Source: an uncultured Gemmatimonadaceae bacterium (GTDB lineage Bacteria; Gemmatimonadota; Gemmatimonadetes; Gemmatimonadales; Gemmatimonadaceae). From it: DNA of 64,000 bases. The notes under the pieces are model-generated. The model ran no database searches. It saw only the letters and a program-made list of their open reading frames with translations, and was not told the DNA's origin. Positions 19,826-29,174 of this stretch are shown here, piece after piece. Both the position numbers and the translations under genes were made by a program. Position 1 is the first letter of the stretch; the number at the start of each line of letters is the position of its first letter. The stretch is from NCBI GenBank assembly GCA_963781585.1, contig CAWAGQ010000002.1, forward strand, positions 64,001-128,000, in the 5' to 3' direction.

Positions 19826-21333
19826 GCGACGCGGCGCTCCACCCGATCGGCAACCGGCGCACGGTGCGGCTGAGTGACGTACCGGCGCCGCCCGTGGAGC
19901 GCTTCCGCACCATCGTCAGCGATGCCGTGGCAGACGGCGCGCGAATCGTCGCCCTGTTCGGACTTCCGGAAGATCCGGCACGGCTGCGACTCATCGCCGT
20001 CCTGGCCGACGACGAGCGCAATCAGCTCGGCGTTCTCGGCACCGTGGTCGGCGATCGATACCCCGCGCTCACGCCCGACTGTCCACAAGCGTCGCTCTTC
20101 GAGCGGGAGCTCGCCGAGCAGTGTGGTGTCACGCCCGGCGGACATCCCGCCATGAAGCCGGTGCGACGGCATCCGGCGGACCACGCTCCGCCGTCATGGC
20201 CGGTCGGCGCACACTCTCGTGACGACTACCCTTTCTTCGAGCTGACCGGCGAAGAGGTGCATGAAGTGGCCGTGGGACCGGTACATGCCGGCGTCATCGA
20301 GCCGGGCCACTTCCGCTTCCAGGCGCACGGCGAGCAGGTACTGCACCTGGAGATCGTCCTCGGATATCAGCACCGTGGGGTGGAGCCGCTCCTCGAGAGG
20401 CTCCCGCGTGAGAAGGCCATCCTGGTGGCCGAGTCGATCGCCGGAGACATGGTCATCGCACACTCCAGTGCGTGCTGCGGTGCGCTGGAAGCCCTGGCCC
20501 GGAGTCACAAGAGCCCTCGCGCGCAGAGCATCCGGGGCGTCGCACTGGAACTCGAACGCGTCGCCAATCATCTCGGCGACCTTGGCGCCCTCGCCAGCGA
20601 CGTGGCGTACCAGCCCGCGGCGGCGTATTTCGGGCGTCTCCGCGGCGATTGCCTCAATCTCCTCCTGACCATCTCGGGCAACCGCTATGGCCGGGGGCTC
20701 GTCAGGCCGGGTGGGGCGGCCTTCGACCTGACCGACGAGATGGTCGAGGAAATCGATGGGCGGGTGCGCCGCCTGGAAGCCGAAGTCGAACCCGTGGCCG
20801 AACTGTTCTTCAATGCGTCATCGGTGCAGTCACGCCTGGAAGGAGTGGGCGCGGTGACACCAGACCTCTGCCGCCGGCACGGCTTCGTTGGTCCGGTGGC
20901 GCGTGCCTGCGACGTACCGCGGGACGCCCGCCACGATCATCCCTACGGGGTCTTTCGGTTCGCGCAGATTCCCGTCGCCGGCGCCTGGGGTGGCGACGTG
21001 TTGTCTCGCGCTCTGGTACGGCGCCTCGAGATTCGGCGGTCGCTCGAATTCGTCCGCGAGCAGGTGGCATCGCTGCCGCGCGGCGACGTGCGCGTCCCGT
21101 GCGGTCCGCTCGGTCCGGATGAGATGGCGGTGGCGCTCGAGGAGAGCTGGCGGGGCGAGGTGGTCCATGTCGTGCTCACCGACTCCCACGGTCGCGTGCG
21201 CAGGCACAAGGTGATCGACCCCTCGTTCCACAACTGGAGCGCGCTCGCCCTGGCCATGCCGGGAAACGAAATCTCGGACTTTCCCCTGTGCAACAAGAGC
21301 TTCAACCTGTCGTATGCCGGACACGATCTGTGA
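19822..21333 (+). CDS. hyfG: NuoC/D-like large subunit of an Ehr complex (HyfG/HycE homolog without the Ni-binding CxxC motifs)
   Basis: VAVGPVHAGVIEPGHFRF and LGYQHRG motifs; L1 region reads ESIAGD, L2 region reads DFPLCNKSFNLSYAGHDL. Confidence 0.88.
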   Translation: MSDAALHPIGNRRTVRLSDVPAPPVERFRTIVSDAVADGARIVALFGLPEDPARLRLIAVLADDERNQLGVLGTVVGDRYPALTPDCPQASLFERELAEQCGVTPGGHPAMKPVRRHPADHAPPSWPVGAHSRDDYPFFELTGEEVHEVAVGPVHAGVIEPGHFRFQAHGEQVLHLEIVLGYQHRGVEPLLERLPREKAILVAESIAGDMVIAHSSACCGALEALARSHKSPRAQSIRGVALELERVANHLGDLGALASDVAYQPAAAYFGRLRGDCLNLLLTISGNRYGRGLVRPGGAAFDLTDEMVEEIDGRVRRLEAEVEPVAELFFNASSVQSRLEGVGAVTPDLCRRHGFVGPVARACDVPRDARHDHPYGVFRFAQIPVAGAWGGDVLSRALVRRLEIRRSLEFVREQVASLPRGDVRVPCGPLGPDEMAVALEESWRGEVVHVVLTDSHGRVRRHKVIDPSFHNWSALALAMPGNEISDFPLCNKSFNLSYAGHDL

Positions 21334-21344
21334 GCGAACGCTGA

Positions 21345-22112
21345 ATGCTTGACGCGCTGCGCCTGCGGTTGGCCCAGGGGACACGCACCATTGCGTTTCC
21401 CGATGGCAAGCCATCGCTTCCCGCGCGCTACCGGGGTCGTCCCGTGCTCGAGTGCAAGGGCTGTGATGGTCCGCCCTGTCCCGCGGGCGGCGACGTCGTC
21501 CCGTCGGAGCTCGTTCGGAATGACGGCAGCGGGCGCGCGATGCTCGACCTCGGGGCTTGCCTCTTCTCACCCGAGGAGGCCATCGGAAGCGAAACGTGCG
21601 GAATCCGGTTCAGCGGCGACTATCGCATGGCCAGCCGGACGCGCGACGGCCTCGTCACGCCGGATGGCGAACTAGCACTGGCATCAGCCCTCGACCGGCG
21701 CATGCAGTCGCTGCTCGGCCGATCGCTCCGCCTGCGGTCGGTGGTGGCGGGGAGCTGCAACGGGTGCGAGGGGGAACTCACCGCGCTGGGGAACGTGGTG
21801 TTCGACATGGCTCGTTTCGGTGTGCAATTCGTGGCCTCCCCCCGGCACGCCGACGGCATCGTGATCACCGGCGCGGTGAACATCAACATGCGGGATGCGC
21901 TGGAGCGAACCTACCAGGCGGTGCCGGATCCGCGCCTGGTCATCGCCGTCGGCGCATGCGCGGCCAGCGGCGGCCCATTCCGGGAGAGTCCGGAGGTGGC
22001 GGGCGGCGTGCCCGAGACCATCCCCGTGGACTTGTGGATCCCGGGGTGCCCACCCCATCCGCTGACGATTCTGGACGGGTTGCTGCGGCTGCTGGGGCGG
22101 ATCGGGGCTTGA
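21345..22112 (+). CDS. hyfI: NuoB/HyfI-like small subunit with a degenerate N-terminal ferredoxin domain
   Basis: GSCNGCE, ASPRHAD, VGACA and IPGCPP [4Fe-4S] ligands. Confidence 0.88.
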   Translation: MLDALRLRLAQGTRTIAFPDGKPSLPARYRGRPVLECKGCDGPPCPAGGDVVPSELVRNDGSGRAMLDLGACLFSPEEAIGSETCGIRFSGDYRMASRTRDGLVTPDGELALASALDRRMQSLLGRSLRLRSVVAGSCNGCEGELTALGNVVFDMARFGVQFVASPRHADGIVITGAVNINMRDALERTYQAVPDPRLVIAVGACAASGGPFRESPEVAGGVPETIPVDLWIPGCPPHPLTILDGLLRLLGRIGA

Positions 22113-22177
22113 ACGGGCGCCTGGCTATCGGAAATTGGGGTCAGACTCGAATTCCCGGACGACGGTCGCGGCCGTTG

Positions 22178-22215
22178 GCAGAAGGCTGATCGCTGACAGC
22201 AGAAGGCTGATCGCT
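22178..22215. repeat. Heptamer array (GCWGANN)
   Basis: gcagaag gctgatc gctgaca gcagaag gctgatc gct, between convergent genes. Confidence 0.7.
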
Positions 22216-22509
22216 TCAGTGTTTCCCGACCTCGTCCATCAGGGCCCGGAGATGCCGCTTCCAGACGTGGGTGGCATAGCGGCGGAAATTGGCCAGACTC
22301 GCCGGCTCGTCCGCCAGGAACTGCGCAACGCGCCGCCGCCCCTTCCTTAGATTGCAGGCTCTACAGGCCGTCACTAAGTTGCCACCCGATCGGTCGCCAC
22401 CGCGGGAGCGCGGCTGAACATGGTCAACCGACAGCTCCTCGGGCGGCAGGACCCGGCCACAGTACACACACCGGTATTCGTCGCGCGCGAAGATCTCGCC
22501 TCGTGTCAT
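22216..22509 (-). CDS. Small HNH endonuclease (McrA-like)
   Basis: RDEYRCVYC...DHVQPRSRGG...NLVTACRACNLRKG; start could be TTG at 22554. Confidence 0.85.
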   Translation of the reverse strand: MTRGEIFARDEYRCVYCGRVLPPEELSVDHVQPRSRGGDRSGGNLVTACRACNLRKGRRRVAQFLADEPASLANFRRYATHVWKRHLRALMDEVGKH

Positions 22510-22645
22510 GGAGAATCCGTTGAGTTCGCGCCGTCTGATGATGGGGGCCGCCAAGCGCTACCTTCTTGATGCCCTCGACAAGGACCGCCCCGTGGCCGAC
22601 GACGAACCGCCCCGCCTCACCGCTCGCGCCATAGAGAGAACTCGC

Positions 22646-22828
22646 ATGCCACGGACACGGGAAAAGATTCTCGGCAATCTGGATGAGATGTATCGCGAAG
22701 CCTTCGAGCGCGCCAAGGTGTCCAGTGACGACGCGCAGATGGCCAGCCTCGATTTCGCCTATCGACGCGAGCAGCTGTACTTCGAGATCCTGCTCGACAT
22801 CCGCGACGCGATGGAGCGGCGCTCGTAA
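22646..22828 (+). CDS. Small helical hypothetical protein (60 aa)
   Basis: ATG at 22646; protein-like composition (MPRTREKILGNLDEMY...EILLDIRDAMERRS). Confidence 0.6.
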   Translation: MPRTREKILGNLDEMYREAFERAKVSSDDAQMASLDFAYRREQLYFEILLDIRDAMERRS

Positions 22829-22905
22829 CCGTCCGCGCGCGGCCCGGCCGGATTGAGTCGCAGGTCCTCCATCGTCAGGCGCGTTCCGCCTCCCTCCCTC
22901 AGAAC

Positions 22906-24589
22906 ATGCGCCGCCGCGCGGTCTTCGCCGTTCTCGCCCTCATCGCCTGGAACCCAGCCGTGACTGCGGCCCAATCGCCCAGCATCACCCTGGCCGTGGT
23001 GAACGCCCGCGTCTGGACCGGCGATCCCGCGCCGGCCGTGGGCCGACGGCCGTCGCCATCGCCGGCGACCGCATCGCCGCCGTGGGCTCCTCGGCCGAGA
23101 TCCGGAAGCTCGCCGGTCAGGCGCGAACGATAGATGCCGGCGGCCAGTTCGTGGCCCCCGGGTTCATCGACTCCCACGTCCACTTCCTCGAGGGCGGATT
23201 CCGGCTCTCGTCGGTGCAGCTGCGCGACGCCGGCACGCCCGAGGAGTTCGTTCGACGCATCCGGGAATTCGCCGCCACGGTTCCGAAGGGCGCCTGGATC
23301 ACCGGCGGCGACTGGGATCATCAGCGCTGGGGCGGGGAGCTTCCCGAGCGCTCGTGGATCGACACGGTGACCCCCGACAATCCGGTCTGGGTGAATCGCC
23401 TTGATGGCCACATGGCGCTCGCCAATTCCGCCGCGCTGCGCGCGGCAGGCAGTCACGCGCGCCACCGCCGATATCGCGGGCGGCACGATCGTGCGCGACC
23501 CGACCGGCGAGCCCACCGGCATTCTCAAGGACAACGCGCAGAACCTGGTGGAGCGCGTGGTGCCTGCGCCGCCCGCGTCACTGGAGGACCGCGCCCTCGA
23601 TGCGGCGATGGCGTACGTGGCGGCGCAGGGGGTGACGTCGGTGCACCACATGGGCAGCTGGCACGATCTGGCGGTGTTCGAGCGCGCCCATGCCGCCGGC
23701 CGGTTGCGCACGCGGATCTATGCGGCGGTTCCCCTCGCGACCTGGGCGCGGCTCCGCGACACCGTCGCCGCCCGCGGGCGCGGCGACGAGTGGCTGCGCA
23801 TCGGCGCCCTGAAAGGCTTCGTCGACGGATCGTTAGGCTCGCATACCGCGGCCATGTTCGACCCGTTCACCGATGCGCCCACGGACACGCGGGTTGTTCG
23901 TGAATACGCCCGGCGACCTCTACCAGTGGACATCCGGGGCCGACAAGGCCGGTCTCCACGTCATCGTCCACGCCATCGGGGACCGCGCCATCGCCACGCA
24001 GCTCGACATCTACCAGCGCGTCGAGCGCGAGGACGGTCCCCGCGACCGCCGCTTCCGCATCGAGCACGCCCAGCACATCGCCCCGGCCGATTTTCCGCGC
24101 TTCGCCGCGTTGGGCGTGGTGGCGAGCATGCAACCCTACCACGCCATCGACGACGGACGGTGGGCCGAGAAGGTCATCGGTCCCGAGCGGGCGAAGGGGA
24201 CCTACGCCTTCCGCACCCTGCTCGATCGTGGCGCCACGCTCGCGTTCGGCAGCGACTGGTTCGTGGCGCCGCCCACGCCGCTGGACGGCATCTACGCCGC
24301 AGTCACCCGCCGCACCCTCGACGACGCGCACCCCGATGGATGGATTCCGGAGCAGAAGATCACGGTCGAGGACGCGCTCCGCGCGTACACCGCTGGAGGT
24401 GCCTTCGCATCCTTCGAGGAAGCCGGGAAGGGCGTCCTGGCGCCCGGCAAGCTCGCCGATCTGGTCATGATCGACCGCGACCTCACGCGTATCCCATCGG
24501 TGGAGATTCGGAACGCCCATGTGGTCATGACGGTGGTGGGCGGCAGGATCATCTACGAGCGGCCGAAGCAGCCTCGCGAGTCGAATTGA
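22906..24589 (+). CDS. Exported metal-dependent amidohydrolase (YtcJ/amidohydro_3 family), apparently frameshifted at ~23030-23050, ~23451 and ~23890
   Basis: [36 protein letters not shown] and GKLADLV motifs across frames. Confidence 0.87.
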
Positions 24590-24661
24590 CACGACGCGCA
24601 CCGGGCCGTTGAATACGCGGGCGGAGACCGTCCCGACCTCCGCCTTCCGCCCTTCGGCCTG

Positions 24662-25468
24662 ATGTCCTCACGATCTCTTCCCGTACTCGAGCGCCGCGGT
24701 TTCGGCGAAACGCTGCGCCGCGACGCCTGGTGGGCGCCCAACATCCCGCCCCAGATCATCCTCACCGCGTTCCTCATCTACGCCACCTGGGCAGCGTTTC
24801 AGAACGCGGACTACACCTTCGGACCGTACCTCTCCCCGTTCTATTCACCCGAGCTGTTCGGCAGCTCGCCCCATGCGTGGTTCGGGCCAAGGCCGGGCGG
24901 ATGGCCCACGTGGCTCCCGTTTTCTCCGGCGCTGATCATCCTTCCCGTGCCCGCCCTCTTCCGCTTCAGCTGCTACTACTACCGCGGCAGCTACTACAAA
25001 GCGTTCTGGCAGGATCCTCCCGCGTGCGCCGTGGGCGAGCCGCGAAAACACTACCGCGGGGAGCGGACCTTTCCGCTCGTGCTGCAGAATTTCCATCGAT
25101 ACGGCCTGCTGCTCTCCGCGATCTTCCTCGTCATCCTCACCTTCGACGCGGCCCACGCCTTCTGGTTCACCGATCCGGTTACCGGTGCCGGGCACTTCGG
25201 CATCGGACTCGGCACGATCATCATGTTCGTCAACGTGATCCTGCTGGCCGGCTACACGTTCGGATGCCACGCCACCCGCCACATCGTGGGTGGCATTGTC
25301 GATGAGGTCTCCCTGTCGCGACCGCGGTGGCTGCTTTATGCCATCTCCAGCGTGTTCAATCGCGCCCACATGAAATGGGCCTGGGTGAGCCTGTTCTCGG
25401 TGGCGCTCACCGATCTCTACATCCGACTCTGCGCCATGGGTGTCCTGAGCGACCTGAGACTGCTCTGA
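24662..25468 (+). CDS. sdhC: Membrane anchor of Sdh1-like (type F) succinate dehydrogenase
   Basis: YLSPFYSP, FRFSCYYYRGSY, DPPACAV, GCHATRH and HMKWAW motifs resemble the mycobacterial Sdh1 anchor; coupled to sdhA. Confidence 0.82.
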   Translation: MSSRSLPVLERRGFGETLRRDAWWAPNIPPQIILTAFLIYATWAAFQNADYTFGPYLSPFYSPELFGSSPHAWFGPRPGGWPTWLPFSPALIILPVPALFRFSCYYYRGSYYKAFWQDPPACAVGEPRKHYRGERTFPLVLQNFHRYGLLLSAIFLVILTFDAAHAFWFTDPVTGAGHFGIGLGTIIMFVNVILLAGYTFGCHATRHIVGGIVDEVSLSRPRWLLYAISSVFNRAHMKWAWVSLFSVALTDLYIRLCAMGVLSDLRLL

Positions 25469-27279
25469 TGCCCGACTTCGAGTCGGTCGAACACGATGTG
25501 CTGGTGATCGGGGCGGGGGGAGCGGGACTGCGTGCCGCCATCGCCGCGGCCTCGCACGGTGCGCGGGTCGGGCTGGTGTCGAAATCGCTCCTGGGCAAGG
25601 CCCACACGGTCATGGCCGAGGGCGGAGCGGCGGCCGCGCTCGCCAACGTCGACGATCGCGACAGCTGGCGCGTGCACTTCGCCGACACCATGCGCGGCGG
25701 GCAGTACGTCAACAACTGGCGCATGGCCGAGCTCCACGCCAGGGAAGCACCCGAGCGCGTGCGCGAGCTGGAAGCGTGGGGCGCTCTGTTCGATCGCACC
25801 CCGGACGGCCGCATCCTCCAGCGGAATTTCGGCGGCCACAAGTATCCGCGGCTGGCGCACGTCGGTGACCGGACGGGTCTGGAGATGATCCGCACGCTGC
25901 AGGATCACGTCATCCATCAGGGCATCGACGTCCATATGGAGTGCACCATCGTGTCGCTCCTGAAGGACGGCGATCGGGTGGCCGGCGCGTTCGGATACGA
26001 GCGCGAGCGCGGCCGGTTTCGCCTCTTTCGTGCGGCCGCCGTGGTGCTCGCGACCGGCGGCATCGGCCGCGCATACCGGATCACCAGCAACAGCTGGGAG
26101 TACACGGGGGACGGTCACTCCCTCGCGTATCACGCCGGCGCCGACCTGAAGGACATGGAATTCGTGCAGTTCCATCCCACCGGGATGATCTGGCCGCCGA
26201 GCGTGCGGGGAATCCTGGTGACGGAAGCGGTGCGCGGCGAGGGCGGCGTGCTGCGCAACAGCCAGGGTCGCCGGTTCATGTTCGACGACGTTCCCGAGCT
26301 CTATCGCGCGCAGACGGCGGACAATGAAGAGGAGGGGTGGCGCTACACCCAGGGCGACCGCGCCGCCCGCCGTCCGCCGGAGCTGCTCACCCGCGACCAC
26401 GTGGCCCGGTGCATCCTGCGCGAGGTCCGGGAAGGGCGGGGGAGTCCCCACGGCGGCGTGTTTCTCGACATTGCCTGGATCCGGGAAAGACTGCCTAACG
26501 CCGCCGAGCATATCCGGAAGAAGCTGCCCAGCATGTACCATCAGTTCAAGCAGCTGGCCGACATCGATATCACCACCACGCCCATGGAGATCGGACCTAC
26601 CACCCACTACGTGATGGGCGGCGTGAGCGTCGATGGCGACACCCAGATGTCCACCGTGCCGGGCCTGTTCGCCTGCGGCGAGTGCGCCGCCGGCCTCCAC
26701 GGCGCCAACCGGCTCGGCGGCAACTCCCTGTCCGATCTGCTCGTCTTCGGCAAGCGGGCCGGCGACTACGCGGCGGAATTCGCGAGTGAGCACGGAACCA
26801 CCAGGGTCGACCAGCACGCGGCGGAGCAGGTTGCCGCGGCATCCCTCGCTCCGTTCGAGCGTTCCGGCGGCGAATCGCCGTTCGCCATCCAGCACGATCT
26901 CCAGGTCATGATGCAGGATCTGGTCGGCATCGTGCGGCGCGAGGAGGAGATGCGCCGGGCGCTCGACGGCCTCGCCGCACTGCGGCGCCGTGCCGAGGCC
27001 GCCGGAGTGCCGGGCAACCGGGAGTACAACCCCGGCTGGCACACCGCCCTCGACCTCGCCAACCTGTTCACCGTCTCCGAGGCGATTACCCGCTCCGCCC
27101 TGGCGCGCAAGGAAAGCCGCGGCGGACACTTCCGAGAGGACCATCCCGCGAAGGATCCGAGCTACGGGGTGTTCAACATCATCGTCCGCCGGACGCCCGG
27201 CGGCGCCATGGAGCTCGAGCGCGTGCCCATCCGCGCCATGCCTGACGAGTTGAAGAAAGTGATCGAAGAGGAGCAGTGA
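25468..27279 (+). CDS. sdhA: Succinate dehydrogenase/fumarate reductase flavoprotein
   Basis: GAGGAG, KAHTVMAEGG (FAD-His), QFHPTG, HGANRLGGNSL and RKESRGGH motifs. Confidence 0.95.
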   Translation: MPDFESVEHDVLVIGAGGAGLRAAIAAASHGARVGLVSKSLLGKAHTVMAEGGAAAALANVDDRDSWRVHFADTMRGGQYVNNWRMAELHAREAPERVRELEAWGALFDRTPDGRILQRNFGGHKYPRLAHVGDRTGLEMIRTLQDHVIHQGIDVHMECTIVSLLKDGDRVAGAFGYERERGRFRLFRAAAVVLATGGIGRAYRITSNSWEYTGDGHSLAYHAGADLKDMEFVQFHPTGMIWPPSVRGILVTEAVRGEGGVLRNSQGRRFMFDDVPELYRAQTADNEEEGWRYTQGDRAARRPPELLTRDHVARCILREVREGRGSPHGGVFLDIAWIRERLPNAAEHIRKKLPSMYHQFKQLADIDITTTPMEIGPTTHYVMGGVSVDGDTQMSTVPGLFACGECAAGLHGANRLGGNSLSDLLVFGKRAGDYAAEFASEHGTTRVDQHAAEQVAAASLAPFERSGGESPFAIQHDLQVMMQDLVGIVRREEEMRRALDGLAALRRRAEAAGVPGNREYNPGWHTALDLANLFTVSEAITRSALARKESRGGHFREDHPAKDPSYGVFNIIVRRTPGGAMELERVPIRAMPDELKKVIEEEQ

Positions 27280-28049
27280 TGCCCACGACCACATTTCGCA
27301 TCTGGCGCGGCACCGACGGGGAAGGCGCCTTCGCGAATTACCCCACCGAAATCACCGAGGGGATGGTCGTGCTCGACGCCGTGCATCAGATCCAGGCCGA
27401 ACAGGCCAACGACCTCGCGGTGCGGTGGAACTGCAAGGCCGGGAAGTGTGGCTCGTGCTCCGCCGAGATCAACGGCATGCCGAAACTGATGTGCATGACG
27501 CGGATGAGCGAGCTTCCCGCGGGCGAGCCCGTCACCATCGAGCCGATGCGCGCCTTTCCGCACGTGAAGGATCTGGTGACCGACGTGTCGTGGAACTTCG
27601 AGGTGAAGAAACGCATCCGGAAGTTCGCCCCCAGGCCCCCCGATGCTCCCGACGGCACCTGGCGGATGTTCCAGAAGGACGTCGATCGGGTGCAGGAATT
27701 CCGCAAGTGCATCGAATGCTTCCTCTGCCAGGACGTCTGCCACGTCCTCCGCGATCACCACCAGCACGACGACTTCATCGGACCGCGACACTTTGTCTAC
27801 TCGGCGGCCCTCGAGATGCACCCGCTGGATACGGAGGACCGCATCGGCGACCTGAAGGGGGAACAGGCCATCGGCTACTGCAACATCACGAAGTGCTGTA
27901 CCCGGGTGTGTCCCGAGAACATCACGATCACCGACAACGCGATCATTCCGCTGAAGGAACGCGTGGTCGACGAGTTCTACGATCCCGTGGTGAAACTGGT
28001 TCGGCTGGTACGCGGTAAAGGGAGACGCTCAACAGGACCGGGCAGGTGA
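27279..28049 (+). CDS. sdhB: Succinate dehydrogenase iron-sulfur subunit
   Basis: CKAGKCGSC..C, CIECFLCQDVC and CNITKCCTRVCP cluster motifs. Confidence 0.95.
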   Translation: MPTTTFRIWRGTDGEGAFANYPTEITEGMVVLDAVHQIQAEQANDLAVRWNCKAGKCGSCSAEINGMPKLMCMTRMSELPAGEPVTIEPMRAFPHVKDLVTDVSWNFEVKKRIRKFAPRPPDAPDGTWRMFQKDVDRVQEFRKCIECFLCQDVCHVLRDHHQHDDFIGPRHFVYSAALEMHPLDTEDRIGDLKGEQAIGYCNITKCCTRVCPENITITDNAIIPLKERVVDEFYDPVVKLVRLVRGKGRRSTGPGR

Positions 28050-28112
28050 GGAATGCAGGAAAGGACGCATCCCTGGAGCCCGGACCTGCCTCTGACCTTT
28101 GGCCTCTGACCC

Positions 28113-28619
28113 ATGACCTTCCCCTCGCTCAAACCCATCACCCTGGCCGGCGTCCCCGCCGCGCTGCAGAAGGCCAACCGCTACCGCCTCCTGAACGATT
28201 CGTCCGCCGCGGAGAGCATCTGCCTCGATATTCTCGCGGTCGATCCGAAGAACGCCGAGGCGTTGGTCGCCCTCATTCTCGCCATAACCGATCAGTTCGA
28301 TCACGGGCATGCCGACCAGCAGCGCCGCGCCCGCGACACCGCCGAGCAATTGCGGGATCCGTATGCGCGGGCGTACTACAGCGGGCTCGTCTGCGAACGG
28401 TGGGCGAAGGCCGTTCTGCGACGCGCTGTACCGGGCGCCGGCGAGCTGGCCTATGGATGGATCGAGAAAGCCATGGCGCTCTACGGGGAAGCGGAAAAGA
28501 TCCGGCCCGTTGGCGACGACGATGCCATCCTGCGCTGGAACAGCTGCGTGCGACTCATCCAGTCGGACGCACGGCTGCAGCCGCACGAGGCGCAGTCGTA
28601 CGAGCCGAGTTTCGAGTAG
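28113..28619 (+). CDS. Hypothetical TPR-like helical protein
   Basis: AESICLDILAVDPKNAEAL and AMALYGEAEKIRP repeats look TPR-like; precedes the terminator. Confidence 0.7.
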   Translation: MTFPSLKPITLAGVPAALQKANRYRLLNDSSAAESICLDILAVDPKNAEALVALILAITDQFDHGHADQQRRARDTAEQLRDPYARAYYSGLVCERWAKAVLRRAVPGAGELAYGWIEKAMALYGEAEKIRPVGDDDAILRWNSCVRLIQSDARLQPHEAQSYEPSFE

Positions 28620-28639
28620 CCTCCGCGGGGGCCGCACAA

Positions 28640-28678
28640 AATGAAGACGCCGGCGTCCACCACGCCGGCGTCTTCATT
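28640..28678. terminator. Intrinsic, probably bidirectional terminator
   Basis: Perfect 17-bp inverted repeat AATGAAGACGCCGGCGT-ccacc-ACGCCGGCGTCTTCATT between convergent genes. Confidence 0.8.
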
Positions 28679-28697
28679 CTCCCGGGCTGACGGATCG

Positions 28698-28877
28698 TCA
28701 GAGCGCGGCGCGCACGGAGACCAGGAGGAAGAGCGCCGCGGCTACGACCGCCGTCCCAAGCAGGACCAGAACCAGTCCCAACCGGCCTGAGCCGGTTGCT
28801 TTCGGCACCTGCGTTTCGGCGGCAAACTCCTTTTGCCAGAGAGGGTGTCGGTGTACTTCGAGGTGACTGATCGTCAT
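28698..28877 (-). CDS. Possible small single-pass membrane protein
   Basis: 59 aa with a C-terminal hydrophobic helix (LGLVLVLLGTAVVAAALFLLV); ends next to the terminator. Confidence 0.4.
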   Translation of the reverse strand: MTISHLEVHRHPLWQKEFAAETQVPKATGSGRLGLVLVLLGTAVVAAALFLLVSVRAAL

Positions 28878-29174
28878 GTGCCTTACGCCGTCAGGGAGCA
28901 ACCAGGGCGGGGTGACAGTCGCCCGCGGCTGTCTTGGAGCAAGCCCCGGACCGTGACGGTTTCCAGCTCTGCCCGGTCACGGAGTGGCACTCACACCGGC
29001 AGGATCGTGGCTGAGGGAACACAGTTGTGGCAGACGTGGGACAACACGAGGGTGAGCCTGGACCAATGAGGGGCAGCGACTCCGGCTGCGGCGCGAGTGT
29101 CGGCGCGGACGTCGTCGCCAGTGTCTGAGCCGACGTCGATTGGGTCGCCAGTGCCGCCCTGCCTGACGCGGGTG

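Noticed and set aside
19822..21333. Functional [NiFe] hydrogenase-4 / formate hydrogenlyase
   Set aside because: Both Ni-binding CxxC motifs are missing, and no maturation or fdh genes are present in the window.
22906..24589. Programmed frameshifting in the amidohydrolase
   Set aside because: There are three or more breaks without slippery sequences, matching the window-wide indel pattern.
25417..27294. Long antisense ORFs (here and e.g. 28991-30739, 45593-47038, 62349-63692)
   Set aside because: Shadow or alternate frames of well-supported genes, with no recognisable motifs.
28891..29174. Long Ser/Thr/Cys-rich C-terminal tail on E1 (820-aa ORF)
   Set aside because: It is explained by one extra base at ~29210; the corrected frame stops at 29175.
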